Source of the DNA: Thermoplasmatota archaeon
GTDB lineage: Archaea; Thermoplasmatota; Penumbrarchaeia; Penumbrarchaeales; Penumbrarchaeaceae
NCBI GenBank assembly: GCA_965234725.1
Contig: CBDDUX010000004.1
Span: 1-64,000, forward strand
Direction of reading: 5' to 3'
DNA length: 64,000 bases
Of this stretch, positions 46,748 through 57,000 are shown piece after piece. The position numbers and the translations under genes were made by a program. Within the stretch, counting starts at the first letter, position 1; each line of letters begins with the position of its first letter. The notes under the pieces were generated by a model. That model made no database searches. It saw nothing but the letters and a program-made list of their open reading frames with translations, and had not been told where the DNA came from.

Positions 46748-47962
46748 ATGGTGAAGGACCTTCTATCGAAATACAACCCCTGGTGGGAAGAAGATTATAA
46801 GCTTCCCGGAATCGCCCGGGAATTCCATCTCAATTACCTCGAGGACCTTCTTGAAAACAGGAGAATGGTACTGGTATACGGTCTAAGAAGATGCGGCAAG
46901 ACTACATTGATGAAGCAATTAGCCTTCAGAAAGATGAGTGATGTTGATCCGGACCATATTTTTTATGTCTCCCTCGACCATCCGGAATTCGAGGAGCTTT
47001 CCATATCGGATATCATCGATACCTACAGGTCCATGTTCAGGTTGGGAAGGAAGGAGAAATGCTACATACTCTTAGATGAGGTTCAGGTACTGAAAGATTT
47101 CGAAAAGGAGCTCAAGGCAATATTCGATCTCGAAGAGAACCTGTTCATAGTATGTTCGGGATCCAATTCCCTTCTGATAAAGCATAGAAGCGGGGCGCTG
47201 ACCGGGCGTCACGGAAGAATGAATCTTACACCAATTGGTTTCAAAGAATTCCTGAAATTCAAAGGTGTAACGATCAAACCTTCCGAGAGTTACATGGTTG
47301 ATGGTTATCTCGATGAATACATCGAAACCGGCGGGATACCCAAATACGTCCTATCTCGGGATCCGCAATACATTAATGACCTCGTGGAGGATATCATCTA
47401 CAAGGATATCGTCCCGAGGTACAATGTTAGGAATCCCAGATTGCTGATGGATCTCTTTTGTTTACTCTGTCAGAGGGCAGGCCAGAGGATGACAGCGACC
47501 AAATTGGGGAGGGTGCTCAAGATATCCCATGATACGGTGTCGAATTACATATCATACCTTCAGGAGACATTCCTGGTGGCCCTCGTTGAAAGGCAGGGGA
47601 CTCCGAATGAAAGGATGTACTCACCGAAGAAGGTTTACATTGCCGATCAGGGAATCCTTTCTATATTTGCCTCCACGATACCGACAGGTTCCATGGTGGA
47701 GAACCTGGCATACCTGGAACTTTCCAGGAAGGAAGGCGATATCACTTACCTGCAGGGTGATGAAGGCGAGGTTGATTTCCTTCGTGATGGTGTCGCCTAC
47801 GAGATCAAGTACAAGGATTCCCTGGATGAGACGGACCTCGATAACATCAAGGACCTCGGATCAAAAGAGATAAAGGAAAGGGTGATGATCACCAAGAATC
47901 GGGAGGACCTGGGAGATATCAAGTCAATGAGATTGCTGGACCTGGTGATGGATGGAGGTTAA
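46748..47962 (+). CDS. AAA_14/DUF4143 ATPase with C-terminal PD-(D/E)xK-like domain
   Basis: YNPWW, Walker A GLRRCGKT, LLDEVQ, SGS, LTGR, GGIP, KKVYIAD.G, EN and EVDF....YEIK. Confidence 0.9.
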   Translation: MVKDLLSKYNPWWEEDYKLPGIAREFHLNYLEDLLENRRMVLVYGLRRCGKTTLMKQLAFRKMSDVDPDHIFYVSLDHPEFEELSISDIIDTYRSMFRLGRKEKCYILLDEVQVLKDFEKELKAIFDLEENLFIVCSGSNSLLIKHRSGALTGRHGRMNLTPIGFKEFLKFKGVTIKPSESYMVDGYLDEYIETGGIPKYVLSRDPQYINDLVEDIIYKDIVPRYNVRNPRLLMDLFCLLCQRAGQRMTATKLGRVLKISHDTVSNYISYLQETFLVALVERQGTPNERMYSPKKVYIADQGILSIFASTIPTGSMVENLAYLELSRKEGDITYLQGDEGEVDFLRDGVAYEIKYKDSLDETDLDNIKDLGSKEIKERVMITKNREDLGDIKSMRLLDLVMDGG

Positions 47963-48078
47963 GGTCCTTTTCGATCATTGGATCGGATGGGATGCCCGGT
48001 GAATATGGATGAGAACGAATCAAAGTCTTTGCACTCCATATCCTTGTTCAAAGGTTCTTTTTAGAAATTGACACATTC

Positions 48079-49725
48079 CTATACGATCCTCTCTTCCATG
48101 AAGGATCCTACAACGTGGATATTGTTCTCCTTCACAACGTATTCCACCCAGTCCCTCGTAAGGATATTCTGAGAGAATCCCTTCATCCTGCACATGTTCT
48201 TCATGTCCCGTTCCCTGAACTCGATTATCCCATCCATCAGATATTCCACTGAATTGACCATTGATTCCGTATGGACCCCTGCCGCCATGTCCAGTAAATT
48301 GGTGAACCTGTAGCTCTTGGATCGTGCTATCAGGACCTGCAGGAACTTCATCAGGTCCTGCTGGTCGACCTGTGAGATCAATGGTGAAAGAGAGTTTATG
48401 ATCAGGACCCCTCCATGGTAGATCTTGACCAGTTCCTCGAGAACGAAAACAAGATCACCCTGGAACCTCTGGAAATCCTCTCTATCATCTATGTTGAATA
48501 TCCTATGCCCCTCTTTGAGAACAAGGTCGTCCTTGAACTTGGAGAAGAGGTCATACATCCGTATGAGTCCCTGATGATTGTATTGTTTGAAGTTGGGGAC
48601 CCTCCTGATGATACTCCTCATGACCTCCTTCATAGCCCTATTGGTGGAGACATAGATGACCGGAATTCCCTTGTTCAATGCAGATGCCATGAACTGCTCG
48701 AGCAGTACCTCCTTCCCACAGAATGGAGGCCCCTCTACCAGTACGGTGTCCCCCATCTTGATACCACCGCTAAGGAGCTGGTCCACCCTTATCGATGAAG
48801 TATCCAGATAACTTATGTTCCTTGCATCCTTTGTTGAGGTATTAACAGAAGTTGTCTTGACCCTCATCTTCTGTATGAAGAAATGAGCTTCCTTGTTACT
48901 TGGATCTTCCTGGAGTATTCCATTATAGAGTTCCTCTGCAGCCTCAAGGTCTCCTTTTTTATATGACTGTTTAGCCAGGTCCAGCAACTTCCGGAGTCCC
49001 GAAGAACTATCTTCATCCTCTTCAGAAACTTTTTTTCCACAGACTGGGCAGGACATCTTACCATGTTCAGGGTCAAGTCTTATCAGTGATCTGCAGTGGG
49101 GGCATCTTCTGGTTATCCTTGAAGATCTTTCAGCAGAGGCTTCCTGCTTGGACAGATCGAAGGCATGGTCAAGTGGTCTTGATTCTCCCCTCACGGAATG
49201 CCTGAGGGTGATCATCTCCGGAGCTTTTGGCGGGGGAGGCATATCCTGCATTGGAGCCTGAACCGTCCTGGATGCCAGGTCTGCTTCTTCTTTTCTGTAA
49301 TACTGCATTGTATCGGGCAGGACTTCCCCTTGGATGATCTCCTCATCCTCTTCTTCTTCATCCATCTTTTCTATTTCCATCAGTTCATCTTTGCTCTTAT
49401 CAACGAGCTCCAATGCCTCTTCCATGTCTTCCGGTTTTCTCTCGTTTATTATCCAATCGAATGTGTCATCATCGATTTTCAATTTACTCTTTAATACATT
49501 GAGGATCGCCATCTCATCGCTGGATATCGTACCGTCTTCCCATGCCTGGTCCACAGCATCTTTCAGAATATCGGAAAGAATATCCTTATCGAATACCGCT
49601 TCGGAATCCATTGGTCCGATCTCGCCCCATTCCACGGCCTCCCAGACCTCTTCATGGTCCACGAACTCATCATCATCTTCTATGACGACAACTTTACTTC
49701 CTTTCTTCTTCTTAGGTCCAGTCAA
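48079..49725 (-). CDS. RAD55/KaiC-like ATPase-fold protein with acidic N-terminus, Zn ribbon and TPR
   Basis: CPHC..CPVC; TPR (A..SY..GD.EAA..LY..IL..DP.N..A); DQLLSGGI..G.TVLVEGPPFCGKE; EYLMDGIIEF. The TTG start is uncertain. Confidence 0.78.
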   Translation of the reverse strand: MTGPKKKKGSKVVVIEDDDEFVDHEEVWEAVEWGEIGPMDSEAVFDKDILSDILKDAVDQAWEDGTISSDEMAILNVLKSKLKIDDDTFDWIINERKPEDMEEALELVDKSKDELMEIEKMDEEEEDEEIIQGEVLPDTMQYYRKEEADLASRTVQAPMQDMPPPPKAPEMITLRHSVRGESRPLDHAFDLSKQEASAERSSRITRRCPHCRSLIRLDPEHGKMSCPVCGKKVSEEDEDSSSGLRKLLDLAKQSYKKGDLEAAEELYNGILQEDPSNKEAHFFIQKMRVKTTSVNTSTKDARNISYLDTSSIRVDQLLSGGIKMGDTVLVEGPPFCGKEVLLEQFMASALNKGIPVIYVSTNRAMKEVMRSIIRRVPNFKQYNHQGLIRMYDLFSKFKDDLVLKEGHRIFNIDDREDFQRFQGDLVFVLEELVKIYHGGVLIINSLSPLISQVDQQDLMKFLQVLIARSKSYRFTNLLDMAAGVHTESMVNSVEYLMDGIIEFRERDMKNMCRMKGFSQNILTRDWVEYVVKENNIHVVGSFMEERIV

Positions 49726-49779
49726 TCAAGGTCACATCCGTCTTGGCTCAAAATCAATCCTTTCAAGAATGATTCTCGG

Positions 49780-51933
49780 TCATTTCAGATAAACTTTGCC
49801 TTCAAAGAATCGGGAAAGTTCAGTAAGATGGTCGGTTGCCACTTTCATGTCAGGAAGCTCTGGTGAGAAATGTTTTGCCCTCTTATCAAGGATGATGGCG
49901 AAACCCCTTTCATCCTCAGACCGGATCATCCTTCCAACGGCCTGCATCAGTCTCCTCGCAGCAGGAGCGTGGACCGTGTATTCCCAACCCTTTCCGAACT
50001 TGATATCATAGAACGCTGAAAGAGCCCTCTGCCTGGCATTTGGCTTGGGATATGGTATGCCGATTATCACAACCACCTCCAGGCTCTTTCCGGGGAAGTC
50101 CATACCCTCTGACAGTCTGCCTCCGAGAACGGAGACAAGAACACCTCCGGAACTGGTCTTGAAGGATGAGGCAAGTTCCATTACATCTGCCTGGGGGGAT
50201 CCTCTTCTCTCTATGAAGAATTCCCTTCCTGTGTCCATATGGGCCGGAAGAGTGGACCCATCCTCCAGCTCCTGATTGCCGAGGATCTCTCCCATCAGAT
50301 CGAATGAGGGAAAGAATACTGCGGTATTCCTGTCCTTTGTCATGGACAGGATCTGGTCCAATCTCTCCCTGAACCGCAGTTTCATCTCAGGATCGTTCGA
50401 AAGCACTTCATAGTTCGTTGTAAGGTCCTGATCGAAGACCATCCTCCTGTTCTCGGGTGGAAAGGGTGGAGGCAGCTTGATAAGAGGTGCATCATCGGGC
50501 AGACCTATGGTGTCCCTGTATTCATCAAGAGGGGATAGGGTCCCGGAGAGGTGCACAGAAGCATGAGTATTCATAAGGTCAGAAGTGATGATCGAGGGGT
50601 CCATTGCATGGGCCTCTAAGGAGAGGTCCATTGACCTTCTTCCCTTGTTGATCAATGGTGAGAAGGATTCGAACTCCAGCTCCTGCCAGGTCTTGTAGAA
50701 TAGAGCTACTTTATGGATATACGACCTGGGTAGTTTTCCCATGGCCTTTTTCTGGTCCTGAATAGCCTGTCCATGGTGGAGCATCTCGGATGCCATGGAA
50801 TCTATTCGGGATGAGTTGGTCTTGAAAAGCATCATCATCGCTTCGGAAAGAGCTGAAGGAGGAACAAGTCCGTCCTCATCGATCAGATACTCCTCAGCGA
50901 TATCGATCAAGGCCTGAAGACACATCTCTAAGAAGTTCCTGATGGTGAATGGTTTTCCGATCCGGTGATCTCCCATGGATTCCACTTCAGCCAAGGCCAG
51001 TCTGAGAGAGTTGGTTGATAGGCTTATTGAGGAAAGCTCTCTGGCGAACTGAGCGAGGTTATGTGCCTCATCAATGATCACGATCAGATCATCCTTGGAG
51101 CAGTCCATCCACTCCAGGAGCCTCCTCTGGATGAAGGGAGAAAGAAAATAGATATAAGGAGCCGTGACCAGGACGGCCTGAGGAAGGACCGCCTTTGTCA
51201 CTTCATAGGGGCAAATGCCCATGTTAAGGCACTCCGACCTGAGTTCCTCTGCGGTCGGACAAACCTCCATCATCCATTTTCGTGCTTCCATGCCGTCATC
51301 CAGAAGATAGGCTGAAAAGAACCTGCATTCGGAGCCTCCTGTGGGTTTCCCCATCATCTTTGATGTGGTGTTCTTCTTCCTCTCCGAACACATCTTGGAA
51401 AGCTCTTCAGGAGTGCCTGTGATAAATTCAGCTTCCTCGTCAGTCAAGGGGCAAAGGTTGTTCCTTCCCTGGATGGCAACACATACCCCATTAGAAGGAC
51501 CTCCCTCCCAGATCCCGCCGGTATTAAATTCCAAATCCCCATTTTCCTCTTCCTCACCCCTCAGCTCCCTGTTCAGTTCCCCCATCACGTCCTCTACCAT
51601 GTCCACGGTTTTGGTACAGGTAACTTTGACATCTTCAGGAGGTGATCTGTTCAGGTCCCTGATCCTTTTGAACTCCTCTACTACCTGTTTCTGCTGGGAG
51701 TTAGTTCTTGTAAGGTAGAGCACCCTCTTTCCGTTTCTGTATGCGTATGATAGTGCTGGTGCAAGAGCGGAAACGGTCTTACCTGAACCGGTCCCTGCTT
51801 CTATGATAATATGATCCCCGGCCATTAGTGCCCTATCGATGGCATTGACGATCCTCTCCTGAATGGGTCTCATCTTGTATGGAAAAAGATCCAAGGGCCC
51901 GTCTGCCATGGAGGCTTTTGAACCTCTTTTCAT
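49780..51933 (-). CDS. xpd: XPD/Rad3/DinG family Fe-S DNA helicase
   Basis: Q motif FPY.MRP.Q, EAGTGSGKT, four Fe-S Cys (LCP, MC, ECRF, CPYE), DEAH, SGTLSP, FFPSF, SEGMDF and QAVGRMIR. Confidence 0.9.
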   Translation of the reverse strand: MKRGSKASMADGPLDLFPYKMRPIQERIVNAIDRALMAGDHIIIEAGTGSGKTVSALAPALSYAYRNGKRVLYLTRTNSQQKQVVEEFKRIRDLNRSPPEDVKVTCTKTVDMVEDVMGELNRELRGEEEENGDLEFNTGGIWEGGPSNGVCVAIQGRNNLCPLTDEEAEFITGTPEELSKMCSERKKNTTSKMMGKPTGGSECRFFSAYLLDDGMEARKWMMEVCPTAEELRSECLNMGICPYEVTKAVLPQAVLVTAPYIYFLSPFIQRRLLEWMDCSKDDLIVIIDEAHNLAQFARELSSISLSTNSLRLALAEVESMGDHRIGKPFTIRNFLEMCLQALIDIAEEYLIDEDGLVPPSALSEAMMMLFKTNSSRIDSMASEMLHHGQAIQDQKKAMGKLPRSYIHKVALFYKTWQELEFESFSPLINKGRRSMDLSLEAHAMDPSIITSDLMNTHASVHLSGTLSPLDEYRDTIGLPDDAPLIKLPPPFPPENRRMVFDQDLTTNYEVLSNDPEMKLRFRERLDQILSMTKDRNTAVFFPSFDLMGEILGNQELEDGSTLPAHMDTGREFFIERRGSPQADVMELASSFKTSSGGVLVSVLGGRLSEGMDFPGKSLEVVVIIGIPYPKPNARQRALSAFYDIKFGKGWEYTVHAPAARRLMQAVGRMIRSEDERGFAIILDKRAKHFSPELPDMKVATDHLTELSRFFEGKVYLK

Positions 51934-52022
51934 ATAATATTTGGGAGGAGAGAGAGTAGGGTGAAAGATTCATTCAAAGGTTTCATAAACGAGGATCAAT
52001 AATCGGGAGTGGAGGCCCCCAT

Positions 52023-52394
52023 ATGAGAATGAAAGTTATCTGTGGTGATCCGGACTGCAGGGAGGAGTTCTTCGTTGACAGCAAAGATAGTGTGTGGGTA
52101 TGCACAAACTGCACACGGGAAATAGAGAACAAGAATTATCCATTTCTCACGGCCAAGCTGATGCAGGCAAGGATAGAAGGGGACTCCGCGGATTGGAAAA
52201 AACGTCTTGAAGAGATGATCGGAGAGGCCAGGAAGGAGATATCTGAGAGGTCCCGGGGAAAGGAGCTGGACCAGTCCTTCATTGATCTGATAGAATCAAG
52301 ATCGAAGGAGGAACTTTCAAATAAGGAATACAGGGAGCTTCATGATGATCTGTTAAAGAGGGCTAGAGAACTGGTCTTGAAGCTTGATGGTTGA
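52023..52394 (+). CDS. Hypothetical protein with N-terminal zinc ribbon
   Basis: CGDPDC and CTNC pairs followed by a helical region; GGAGG SD. Confidence 0.7.
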   Translation: MRMKVICGDPDCREEFFVDSKDSVWVCTNCTREIENKNYPFLTAKLMQARIEGDSADWKKRLEEMIGEARKEISERSRGKELDQSFIDLIESRSKEELSNKEYRELHDDLLKRARELVLKLDG

Positions 52395-52398
52395 TCAC

Positions 52399-52653
52399 TC
52401 AGGTGCTTTTGATCCTTTTCTCGGCCTCAGGTGTTATGAGGCTGGAGCCTCCCATGGCCCCGCCTTTTGATAATGATGAAGGTTGTTCCACAGATGGAAG
52501 TGAGGTCGGAATTGCACCTTCATCGGTATAAGTGATATACTCCTGGATCTCTCTTTCGAACTCACCGATCTCTTCATCGATGAGCTCCATCTGGTGAACC
52601 TTCTGTTCCTCTTTGGAACTTCGTACGAACAACTTCTTCAAGGAATCGAACAC
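52399..52653 (-). CDS. Hypothetical protein
   Basis: Fills the gap between neighbours; GTG start with AAGGGGG upstream. Confidence 0.55.
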   Translation of the reverse strand: MFDSLKKLFVRSSKEEQKVHQMELIDEEIGEFEREIQEYITYTDEGAIPTSLPSVEQPSSLSKGGAMGGSSLITPEAEKRIKST

Positions 52654-52745
52654 TTATAAGCCCCCTTTTAAGTGAAGGGTACATTCCTCTGGATACTATT
52701 TATTCCTTTTTAACAATGGATCGTTCTGGAGGTATAAATCCGTAA

Positions 52746-53903
52746 TCAGGTCACGATCTCGGAGAGCCTTTCCTCTTGGATAGCCCTCCTAACCTCCATT
52801 GCAAGTCTCCTTCCTGTAGAGACAGGTTTCCTCCAAAGAGCGTTACCGTATGGATGACCGACCCACATATGGACATTGGTCCCTCCTCCGATCCTTGGGG
52901 CCACATCATAGATGAAGAAGTTCAGGTCCTTGTCAACACAGGTCTGGAGACAGAAGGGTCCGATCATACCGGGATCATAATGCTTCTTTGATGCCTCGAC
53001 TAATCTCTCGGCCATGGCGAATACCTTCTCCAGAAGAGACTCTCGCAGGGTCGCGGAGTTATGACCGCATACAGTGTATTCAGGCATGATCTGGTCTGGA
53101 TTTAGGCTCATCTGCTGAGGTGCTGGAAGCCTGACATGGCCGTCCAGGGATGTCTCGAACCTCCAGTCAACTCCCAGGAGTTCCACGTTAGCCATCTCTT
53201 CTTCCAGAGGTGAACAGAAGAAATCGAAATTGAAGACAGGACCTATGACGTATTTCTCGATCCTTGCCGTCTTCAAAGTATCCTCATCTATGACATCCTG
53301 TTTCAGGAGTTTTTCCGACTTATCAAGATACTCCTCGTAGGATGAGCATGAAAAGAAGCCCCTTTCAAGCTTCTTCTGCTTATGGTGAAGTTTGACGATC
53401 GCCAGCTGATCTATCTTGGTCGGATCGGTTATCCTCTCGGGGAACGGAAGACCGGCCTTCTCGAGGAGCCAGTAATAACTTTGTTGTTCTTCCCTCTCCT
53501 CGCTTCTGAGCATGTTCCTCGATCCCACCATGGGAACCCTGAAATCCTCCTCTATCCTGCCGATCTCGACATAGGATGTGAAGGACCTGTTCGGAACGAA
53601 AATGACAGATCTATCCCTGAGCCATGACTGCCATTTCTCCTCCATGACCTCCTTGAACCTGTCCACAACCACAGGTTCGTCCACCATTCCTCGGACCAAG
53701 GTTCCATTTTCATCCCTTTTAGCCTTGAAATAATGGGAGTAGGTCTTTTCCCTACCTTTCTGGCAGAAAGCAACGGTATTGAATCCTTCCTCCACTGCAC
53801 CGTCGCATGTATCCAGGGCTGAGTGAGAAGCCACGAGTCCCAGTTTCACTTCCTTCGGTCTATAGTCATTTACTATGTCTTGAACGATCTTCCTGTCGAT
53901 CAT
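52746..53903 (-). CDS. purP: PurP-like ATP-grasp protein (formate--AICAR ligase family, DUF1246/DUF1297)
   Basis: ASHSALD..DGA.EEGF, FVPNRSF..Y, ERGFF, GH..ATLRESLLE, GPFCLQ, DVAPRIGGGTN and STGRRLAMEV. Start at ATG 53903. Confidence 0.88.
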   Translation of the reverse strand: MIDRKIVQDIVNDYRPKEVKLGLVASHSALDTCDGAVEEGFNTVAFCQKGREKTYSHYFKAKRDENGTLVRGMVDEPVVVDRFKEVMEEKWQSWLRDRSVIFVPNRSFTSYVEIGRIEEDFRVPMVGSRNMLRSEEREEQQSYYWLLEKAGLPFPERITDPTKIDQLAIVKLHHKQKKLERGFFSCSSYEEYLDKSEKLLKQDVIDEDTLKTARIEKYVIGPVFNFDFFCSPLEEEMANVELLGVDWRFETSLDGHVRLPAPQQMSLNPDQIMPEYTVCGHNSATLRESLLEKVFAMAERLVEASKKHYDPGMIGPFCLQTCVDKDLNFFIYDVAPRIGGGTNVHMWVGHPYGNALWRKPVSTGRRLAMEVRRAIQEERLSEIVT

Positions 53904-54067
53904 AGAGGGCCCCCGACCTCCACATCGAAGGATGCGATTTAACCTTTTTGCCCCTATACCGTACAGGAAACGATATATATTGTTCAGGAGTGAAAACATA
54001 TAGTTGCTTTGAGTTAGTATGCCAGGATAGGAAAAGTCTGTTACGACCATATTAAGGAGGTATCCGT

Positions 54068-57000
54068 TTGAGGTTTGGTACGATCTACAGGACAATCGCC
54101 GTTGTTCTGGTCATTGTGATAATCTTCTCAAACCTCGTAAGGTTCACCGATGATGGTGGAATGTTCACAAGGAACCTTGGGGATAGCGGGTCAGATGAGG
54201 TCCCTGGAATAGACTCGGACGGGGATGGTCTGAGGGATACCGATGAGGATCTCAACAGGAATGGAAGGATAGATGAAGGCGAATCCTCTCCAACAGACCC
54301 TTACAATAAAGATACTGACGGTGACGGATTGGAGGATGGAGAGGAGTATGATATGTTCAAGGACCGATCTGTGAACTCTTCATCGACAACGAGCTGGATA
54401 TCCAGATTTGGATCGGAGGAAGCGATCATCCTATCGATGATCTCCTCCCTTTCCCCTACCGGTGATATCGATAAGGATGGTCTCCCAAACATATTGGACC
54501 CCGATTCAGATGGTGATATGATCACAGATGGGGAGGAAGTGGAGATGGGCCTTGATCCCCTGGACCCTGACACGGATGGTGATACCATCCCTGACCTCTT
54601 GGATCCCAATACCGGTTTTACTGTTGATTCGGATGGAGACGGATTAGACGATGTATGGGAGGAATATCATTCCACCTTCGATCCGGCAGGTGATCCGGAT
54701 GGTGATGGTATGACCAATCTATTGGAATTTACGGGAAGGACCGACCCCAATCACATGGATGATCATCCCGGACATATCGGATCTTACACCGCTTCAGGAT
54801 TGTTGAGGTACCCGGACCCTAACAGGATCCATTTCACAGTTGAAGGATTGGGCCCATCCTATCTTAGAGTTTCATCCTTCGATGACTTTGACGGATCCGA
54901 TTGGGTCAGGGGACCTTACATACTCCCTGAGATACTTGGAGATGAACAGACATCCAGTGCCACCATAAACCTGAACGGGGCCTGGTGGGGATACCTGCCT
55001 ACCCCCTTTGGGACCTCGGATGCTGTTAACTCGACCCCTTATGCAACCTTCCCGCATAGGGAATTGGAGGTCCCACAGTTCAGGGGAGATGTTCTCTATT
55101 CCCCGGTCCCTGTGATCGACTATTCCATTTCCATACGAAGCATGGATATTGACCTGAATAGTCTGGAAAGGGCGAATGCCTCAGCTCCGACAACCCCTGG
55201 ATTATTGGATATAGATCCCTCGATCCCATCCGAGGTCTGGGACCTGGCTGGAAAATGGGACAGGTCCGATATTAGCGATTTCAAGAAGGCTGGCCTGATC
55301 ATATCCCGGCTTTCGGAAATTTGCCAGTATTCCGAAGATCCCATTATTGGGAGGGACACTGAGGACCCGTTATATGATTTCCTTTTCATAACCCGAAGGG
55401 GTAATGCTCTGGACTTCTCAACTGCCTTCACGATCCTCATGAGGATGTATGACATACCATCCAGAGTTGTTGTTGGATATGCGGTGGGGCAGGGAAACGG
55501 TAGTGGCCGGACCTATAGGGAGGGACATCTTCATGCCTGGTCCGAGATATTACTAAAGGACCTTGGCTGGGTCCAGTTCGAGGTCACAAGGCATTCCCAT
55601 GGGAGGGAGGGAGGTTCAGGAATTTCCGGTGACGGTGTGGATCCCAACATCTACGGATCTATAGGAGGAGATGGGGGAGGGACACTAAAGGGAGATATCG
55701 GGGGCCCTCTTGATCCGTTGGGAAACAATGATGGGGACAATCTGACCAACGGTTTCGAGCAGTTGCTGGGGACGGATCCCAATTTAACGGACACCGACCA
55801 TGATGGTCTGGACGATCACATCGAATATTACATATACAAGACCGATCCAACCTTGAGGGATACAGACAATGACACTTTGTCGGATGGAGAGGAGGTCAAT
55901 AAATACAGAACGAACCCCCTCGAACCCGATACGGACCTGGGGGGCCTGAACGATGGGATCGAGGTCCATTACAGACCCTATCCCCTGGACCCTCTGAACC
56001 GATCTGATGACTACCGACTGACAGATGTGGATATGGATGGTCTGAACGCCTCCCTCGAAAAGAAATACGGTACAAGCGAGTACGACAACGATACCGACAG
56101 AGACGGGCTCCTTGACGGGCATGAGGTGTTCTCTTACAAGACCGATCCTTTGGACCCGGATTCCGATGATGATACTCTATCAGACCTGGATGAGGTCAAT
56201 TTTTACCACACCGATCCGCTCCTGCCTGATACGGATGGTGACGGTCTATCCGATAGGGAAGAGATAGAGAACGGAACGGACCCACGATCAAAGGACACGG
56301 ACCGTGACGGTGCAGAGGATGGGAGAGAGTTATTAGAGGGGACCGATCCGCTGGACCCGGATTCCGATGATGATGGTCTTCTGGATGGTTACGAATTTGA
56401 CAGAGGGACGGATCCGCTCGATATTGATACTGATGGTGACGGTATCCTCGACTCCCTGGAGGAATGGTATGGTTTGAATCCGCTAACGGACCAGGGTCTT
56501 GATCCTCCTCCTGATATGGACCATGACGGAATTCCGGATGATGCCGAGGCGGAATCGAACACCCTGGCATCCAACAATGATACCGACGGCGATGGGATGA
56601 CAGACGGGATGGAGCTTTACATGGTTCACTCCAACCCGGTGCTGGAGGATTCAGACGGAGACGGTCTGGATGATTGGTGGGAGGTGATGGTGGAACATAC
56701 TGATCCACTCAGGAACGATTCGGACGGGGACCATCTTCAGGACCGTTTCGAGGCAGGAGCATCCATATCTCCAGTCCATCCGGATACTGACGGTGATGGA
56801 TTATTCGATGGAAGGGAACTGATCCTTGGAACTGATCCCATGGATCCGGATTCCGATAATGGCGGGCTTAGGGACGGTTTGGAGGTCCTTCTTGGAAAGG
56901 ACCCTACCGACCCTTCGGATGATCTTCCCTTCCTGTATGATCAGGATGGGGACGGCCTCCTCGATCTGATAGAAACAGATCTGGGAACTGACCCCTTGGA

